Positions 59,776 through 64,000 of a stretch of DNA of 64,000 nucleotides are shown in pieces. A program made the position numbers and the translations under genes. The first letter of the stretch is position 1, and each line of letters begins with the position of its first letter. Under the pieces are notes generated by a model. That model was not told the origin of the DNA. It saw only the letters and a program-made list of their open reading frames with translations, and ran no database searches. The stretch is from an uncultured Eubacteriales bacterium. GTDB lineage: Bacteria > Bacillota_I > Bacilli_A > RFN20 > CAG-826. Location of the stretch: contig CAVJSS010000001.1 in the NCBI GenBank assembly GCA_963652335.1, positions 125,179 to 189,178 of the forward strand, read 5' to 3'.

Positions 59776-60993
59776 ATGGAAAGCATCCAACATATTTCGC
59801 AACTTTTTAATTTTGTGTTAGCCAATTACGGCAATGGCTTCAGAAAAATCCAAAGCGGCACGGACCCTAATATTTTAATAGTCACGAGACAAATTCCGGA
59901 TGCTTTGAAGGATTTATTTCAGACTAATAGAAAAGATTTATATATCGCTGGATCATGTGGGAAAGGCCAAAAAACCGATTATCCATGGGTAGCCATTTAC
60001 AACACGAATATAACGAGAAGCGCCATGAAAGGTCTTTATATTGTCTATCTATTCAAAAAAGATCTAAGCGGATTTTATCTCACTTTAAACCAAGGCATCA
60101 CATATTTCGCTAACGCATATGGGAAAGAGAAATATGAATGCGCAAGAAAAGTAGCGGAATATTTCAAAGACGAAATAGGGGATGACTATTTTTCGAAAAG
60201 TCAAATTGACCTAGGCGGAACGAAGGGAACGTTAGGCTATGGATACGCCCAAACGTCGATATTGTCAAAATTTTATCAGGCTAATAATTTTTCCGATGAC
60301 GAAATAAAAAGCGATTTGGAAAGAATGATGAACATATATGACGAACTTGCCGGCGTGTTAGGTGAAGATAATTATGATTATGACAAAGCCATCGACAAGG
60401 TTCTCCTTGATTATGATAAGGCATTCACTCCGGCCGAAACAGCAATACAGGAGATAAAAAATGAGATTTCGTCTCCTTTGGACGTAGACGTAATCAGGGA
60501 ATTGGAAGAAGTCGTCCCGAAAGTTAAGGCTGTCAAAAAATATTCGAAATTGCGTGCGGTGGACGCGATTAAAAAGATCGACTATATCCAAAAAGCAAAA
60601 TCTGATGCCGAAATTGGGGAGTTGGGTGAACAATTGGCGTTGGAATACGAAATAAGAAGGCTTACGGCCATCGGCCGCCCAGATTTGGTCAGCCAAGTTC
60701 GAAGGGTGTCCATCAAATCCGATGCCTTTGGATACGACATAGAATCAGTCGATGTCATTGGGTCCAAAGTTAAAAAGATATACATCGAGGTAAAAACCAC
60801 GGTCAATAAGTTGGATGTCGATTTTCAAGTTTCTAGAAATGAGGTCGAAACCTCAAACGAAAAGAAAGATTCGTATTGCCTTTTTAGGATATATGATGCC
60901 AAAAACATAAAGCCGAAATTTTACAGAGAGTTTGGCAAAATAGAAGATCATTTCATTTTGAACCCGATAACCTACATGGCACATCATATTTAG
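59776..60993 (+). CDS. Fusion protein: MrcB-like N-terminal (DUF3578) modified-DNA reader domain plus DUF3883 nuclease-fold domain. Candidate single-chain type IV (modification-dependent) restriction enzyme.
   Basis: The N-terminal half has YIAGSCGKGQKTDYPWVAIYN...GLYIVYLFKKDLSGFYLTLNQG. The C-terminal half has GELGEQLALEYE...GYDIESVD...IYIEVKTT...SRNE...YCLFRIYD. Both match family hallmarks from memory. It is the only intact ORF in the tRNA-proximal island. Confidence 0.8.
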   Translation: MESIQHISQLFNFVLANYGNGFRKIQSGTDPNILIVTRQIPDALKDLFQTNRKDLYIAGSCGKGQKTDYPWVAIYNTNITRSAMKGLYIVYLFKKDLSGFYLTLNQGITYFANAYGKEKYECARKVAEYFKDEIGDDYFSKSQIDLGGTKGTLGYGYAQTSILSKFYQANNFSDDEIKSDLERMMNIYDELAGVLGEDNYDYDKAIDKVLLDYDKAFTPAETAIQEIKNEISSPLDVDVIRELEEVVPKVKAVKKYSKLRAVDAIKKIDYIQKAKSDAEIGELGEQLALEYEIRRLTAIGRPDLVSQVRRVSIKSDAFGYDIESVDVIGSKVKKIYIEVKTTVNKLDVDFQVSRNEVETSNEKKDSYCLFRIYDAKNIKPKFYREFGKIEDHFILNPITYMAHHI

Positions 60994-61157
60994 CGGAGGA
61001 TGGCAGCGTTTATTAAAATATTCATGGCTATTTTTATAAGTATCATTTTCGTCTAATTCAAATGGCACGGAACGTCATGAGGCTGCGCTGTTACTGCGCA
61101 TTGTTAATTAATGGACATTGAAAAAGGCGCCCATCCTTATGGCTGGACGCCTTTGCT

Positions 61158-61499
61158 TCATACTTCTATTTCTTTTATCTCGACTTGATTGCCGCTTTTT
61201 AAGAACGTATGCGGTGATTTGCAATATGGACAGGTTCTTCCATATTTCACGGTTTCATATTCCTTTTTGCAATCCTCACAGAATGTGACTGCCTTGATAA
61301 CGTTTATTAGAAGCTCGCAATCAAGGAGACAATCTTCCTTCTTTTTGGCCCAGTCCCAGATTTCTGAAAGGTAGGAAGGTATGACCGACGAGACTTCGCC
61401 GAGGTCAAGGACGACTTTCTTGACCTCAGTGACATTATTCTCGATTGCGACGTTCTTCACGTCTTTGATGATATAGAAGACGATTCCGAGCTCGTGCAT
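61158..61499 (-). CDS. hypA: Hydrogenase/Ni-enzyme maturation metallochaperone HypA
   Basis: MHELGI N-terminal Ni site (MHE) and a zinc site CEDC...CPYC. 113 aa. Confidence 0.85.
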   Translation of the reverse strand: MHELGIVFYIIKDVKNVAIENNVTEVKKVVLDLGEVSSVIPSYLSEIWDWAKKKEDCLLDCELLINVIKAVTFCEDCKKEYETVKYGRTCPYCKSPHTFLKSGNQVEIKEIEV

Positions 61500-64000
61500 T
61501 ATTTGTCTTTCTCGTCGGTTTTCTTGACTTTGATCTTTTTATCACGTTTGAAGAGATATGGAAGAATGCCTTTGAATTTATCCTCGGCTCTATACATCTT
61601 CGAACATTCAGGATGGTCGCGGTGGAGATGGATTGCATCAAACATGCACTTGGTGGTGCAAATTCCACAGCCGATGCACTTATTCGGGTCGACGATGGTA
61701 ACGCCGCACTTAAGGCAACGAGAGGTTTCGATCTTGATTTGATCTTCGGTCAAGGTCTTCGAATTGTCCTTGAACGGATCGGTGATGGTAGGATCGACGC
61801 CATTGCTTTGCCTGCTGGCAGTATCATAGGATTCGGCTCTGATGTCATTGGTGTCCAACGGATAGAACAATCTTTGATCTTTGCCGATGGTCATCGAAGC
61901 GCCTCTGCAATATCTATGCAAACTATCGGCTGCCTCGTGCCCTTCGGCGATGGCGTCGATGACAAACTTCGGACCATGATAGACGTCGCCTCCGACGAAG
62001 ATGTCAGGGGTCTTGGTCTGATAGGTCTTGGCATCTGCTACTGGGTAATTGCCTCTCCAGAAATCGACTTGTTCGCCTTCTAATAGCTTGCCCCAATTGA
62101 TGCCTTGACCGATTGCGAAGATGACCAAATCCGCATCAAGGGTCAGTAATTCGTTCTCATCATAAGTCGGGGAGAATTTATGTTCTTCGTTAAAGACTGA
62201 GACACATTTCTTAAAGACGATTCCGGACACCTTGCCATCTTTCGCAAGGACTTCTTTTGGACCATACCCAGGATGGAGGATTACGCCATCGGCGATGGCT
62301 TCTTCTTGTTCTTGCTTGGAGGCCGGCATTATGTCTCTCGTTTCAAGGGAAAGCATATGGACGACCTTGGCTCCGGCGCGTTTTGAGACTCTGGCTGCGT
62401 CGATGGCGACGTTGCCGCCGCCAACGACTACGACGTTGTTGAGCTCAAGCTTCTTTTCGCCGCAGTTATAATCATGCAAGAACTCAAGGGCGGTGACGGT
62501 GCCGTCGGCATGATCGTTTTCGACTCCTGGCCTACGACCTACGTTGCAGCCGATGGAGATATAGAAAGCTTTAAAGCCTTGCTCTCTGAGTTGGGCTATG
62601 GTGATGTCTTTTCCGACTTCAACGCCTGTTTTGATTTCTACTCCAAGCTCCTTGATAATATCGATTTCGGCGTCGATCAATCTCTTTTCCAATTTATAAG
62701 AAGGGATGCCATAGCGCATCATTCCGCCTGGATGTTCTTCTTTTTCGAAAACGGTTGGCTTATATCCCAAGGTTGCCAAATAGTAAGCGGCAGATAAGCC
62801 GGCTGGGCCGCCGCCGATGATGGCGATTTTTTCATCCCAATGTTTGACAAGATTGGAACCGATGACGACTTCAGGAACGAAACGAGTTTCGGCATTGAGG
62901 TCTTGCTCGGCGATGAAACGCTTAACGGCATCGATGGAAACGGCTTCGTCGATCTTTCCGCGGGTGCAGGCTTGCTCGCATCTGCGGTTGCAGATACGTC
63001 CGCAAACGATTGGGAATGGGTTTTCTTTCTTGATAAGTTCCAAAGCTTCTTTGTATTTGCCTTCGGAAGCTTTCTTCAAATAGCCCTGGACGGCGATGCG
63101 GGCAGGGCAGTTTGCCTTACATGGCGAGGTGCCGCTCTTAAACGAATTGATGCGTGCTGTGTTTCTGTAATCCTCATCCCAATCTTTTGGTCCCCACCCG
63201 AATTTCTTCGGAAGCGGTTGTCTTGGATATTCTGGCAAAGTTCCGTCAGTGTGACAGATTTTTTGCCCTAATTTAAGGGCGCCTGCCGGGCAATATTCTA
63301 CACAACGGCCGCAAGCGACGCATTTTTCGGCTTCGACATGGGCGGCATAAGCCGATCTAGACATATTAGGGGTGTTGAACAATTGGGATGTTCGTAAGGC
63401 GTTGCAGATTTTGACGTTGCAGTTGCAAATCGCAAAGATCTTCCCTTCGCCGTCGATGTTGGTGATTTGATGGACGTAGCCATTGTTTTCGGCGCGGTTG
63501 AGGATTTTCATTGCCTGTTCATAAGTGATGTCGTGTCCACGTCCGGTTTCTCTGCACCAATCAGCCATATCGCCGACGCCGATGCACCAATCATGGAAGT
63601 CATCAGGAGATCCCTCTCCCAAGGTGTGTCTGCCATGTCGGCAAGAGCAGATCGAAGCTCCGATATGTCCTTCGTAACGCTTTAGCCAATATGAGATATG
63701 TTCGATATCGATGGTTTCGTTTTCCATCGAGATGGCTTTTTCGACTGGGATGACGTGCATGCCGATGCCAGATCCTCCTGGAGGAACCATCGGGGTGACC
63801 TTTTCAAGAGGCAAGAAGGTCATTCTCTCGAAGAACATCGCCAATTCCGGATGGCGTTTCATCAAGTCTTCGTTCATGTTGGTATATTCGCCGGACCCTG
63901 GAACGAACAAAGGCACCCAATAACGTCTGTCTTCCTTGTTGTAGGTAGTTCCAGGTATTGGTCCGTTCTTATCGTATTTGTCGCCATAGTCATATTCGAC
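61499..64000 (-). CDS. Large Fe-S flavoprotein, GltD-like (NAD(P)H-dependent glutamate synthase small-chain family) core with ferredoxin-type clusters. N-terminus outside window.
   Basis: The frame stays open to nt 64000 (VEYDYGDKYDKNG...). Dinucleotide fold IAIIGGGPAGLSAAYYL and a second VVVVGGGNVAIDAAR. CxxCxxCxxxCP motifs (CVACGRCVEYCP, CIGCGICTTKC). The stop overlaps the hypA start (TAATG). Confidence 0.8.
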   Translation of the reverse strand, partial: VEYDYGDKYDKNGPIPGTTYNKEDRRYWVPLFVPGSGEYTNMNEDLMKRHPELAMFFERMTFLPLEKVTPMVPPGGSGIGMHVIPVEKAISMENETIDIEHISYWLKRYEGHIGASICSCRHGRHTLGEGSPDDFHDWCIGVGDMADWCRETGRGHDITYEQAMKILNRAENNGYVHQITNIDGEGKIFAICNCNVKICNALRTSQLFNTPNMSRSAYAAHVEAEKCVACGRCVEYCPAGALKLGQKICHTDGTLPEYPRQPLPKKFGWGPKDWDEDYRNTARINSFKSGTSPCKANCPARIAVQGYLKKASEGKYKEALELIKKENPFPIVCGRICNRRCEQACTRGKIDEAVSIDAVKRFIAEQDLNAETRFVPEVVIGSNLVKHWDEKIAIIGGGPAGLSAAYYLATLGYKPTVFEKEEHPGGMMRYGIPSYKLEKRLIDAEIDIIKELGVEIKTGVEVGKDITIAQLREQGFKAFYISIGCNVGRRPGVENDHADGTVTALEFLHDYNCGEKKLELNNVVVVGGGNVAIDAARVSKRAGAKVVHMLSLETRDIMPASKQEQEEAIADGVILHPGYGPKEVLAKDGKVSGIVFKKCVSVFNEEHKFSPTYDENELLTLDADLVIFAIGQGINWGKLLEGEQVDFWRGNYPVADAKTYQTKTPDIFVGGDVYHGPKFVIDAIAEGHEAADSLHRYCRGASMTIGKDQRLFYPLDTNDIRAESYDTASRQSNGVDPTITDPFKDNSKTLTEDQIKIETSRCLKCGVTIVDPNKCIGCGICTTKCMFDAIHLHRDHPECSKMYRAEDKFKGILPYLFKRDKKIKVKKTDEKDK

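Overview
This is a 64 kb chromosomal window from a low-GC Gram-positive (Bacillota, possibly Mollicutes-related) anaerobe. It uses the standard genetic code, since TGA terminates many well-conserved genes such as rnfA, glpK and atpI. I support about 60 CDS, 4 tRNAs, and several terminators and leaders.

Content in order:
- The distal part of an rnf operon (rnfD'GEA, a Cys-rich mini-ORF, a truncated rnfB), translationally chained to apbE, a NusG_II protein and a Gx-family membrane protein.
- GNAT, tRNA-Gly/Asp, and a trxA/TraX/CPBP operon.
- A 2,232-aa membrane-anchored orphan giant gene, followed by yigZ, pepP, glpK and an unknown ORF.
- A udk-like kinase and a complete F1Fo atpIBEFHAGDC operon whose c subunit carries a Na+-type ion-site signature.
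- ppa, rqcH and a gmk-priA-(rsmB-like)-rlmN-stp-prkC-rpe block.
- rpmB, leuS, coaX plus an ECF S component, pepV, trmB, ytpR, a NAPRTase, a LacI regulator, tyrS, rpsD, ezrA, a cysteine desulfurase and thiI.
- infC-rpmI-rplT, maa, ogt and tRNA-Ala/Met.
- A roughly 2.8 kb accessory stretch that is partly decayed (a Sel1-repeat pseudogene). It carries one intact gene fusing an MrcB-like modified-DNA reader domain to a DUF3883 nuclease-like domain.
- hypA, translationally coupled to a large GltD-like Fe-S flavoprotein that runs off the window.

I saw no CRISPR array, transposase or integrase.

The best candidates for something new are:
- the orphan giant protein (7604-14302);
- the single-gene reader-nuclease fusion (59776-60993);
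- the atypical rnf terminal module (2200-4633);
- a catalytically dead RsmB paralogue (33705-35033).

All family assignments are motif recognition by eye. No database search was run.
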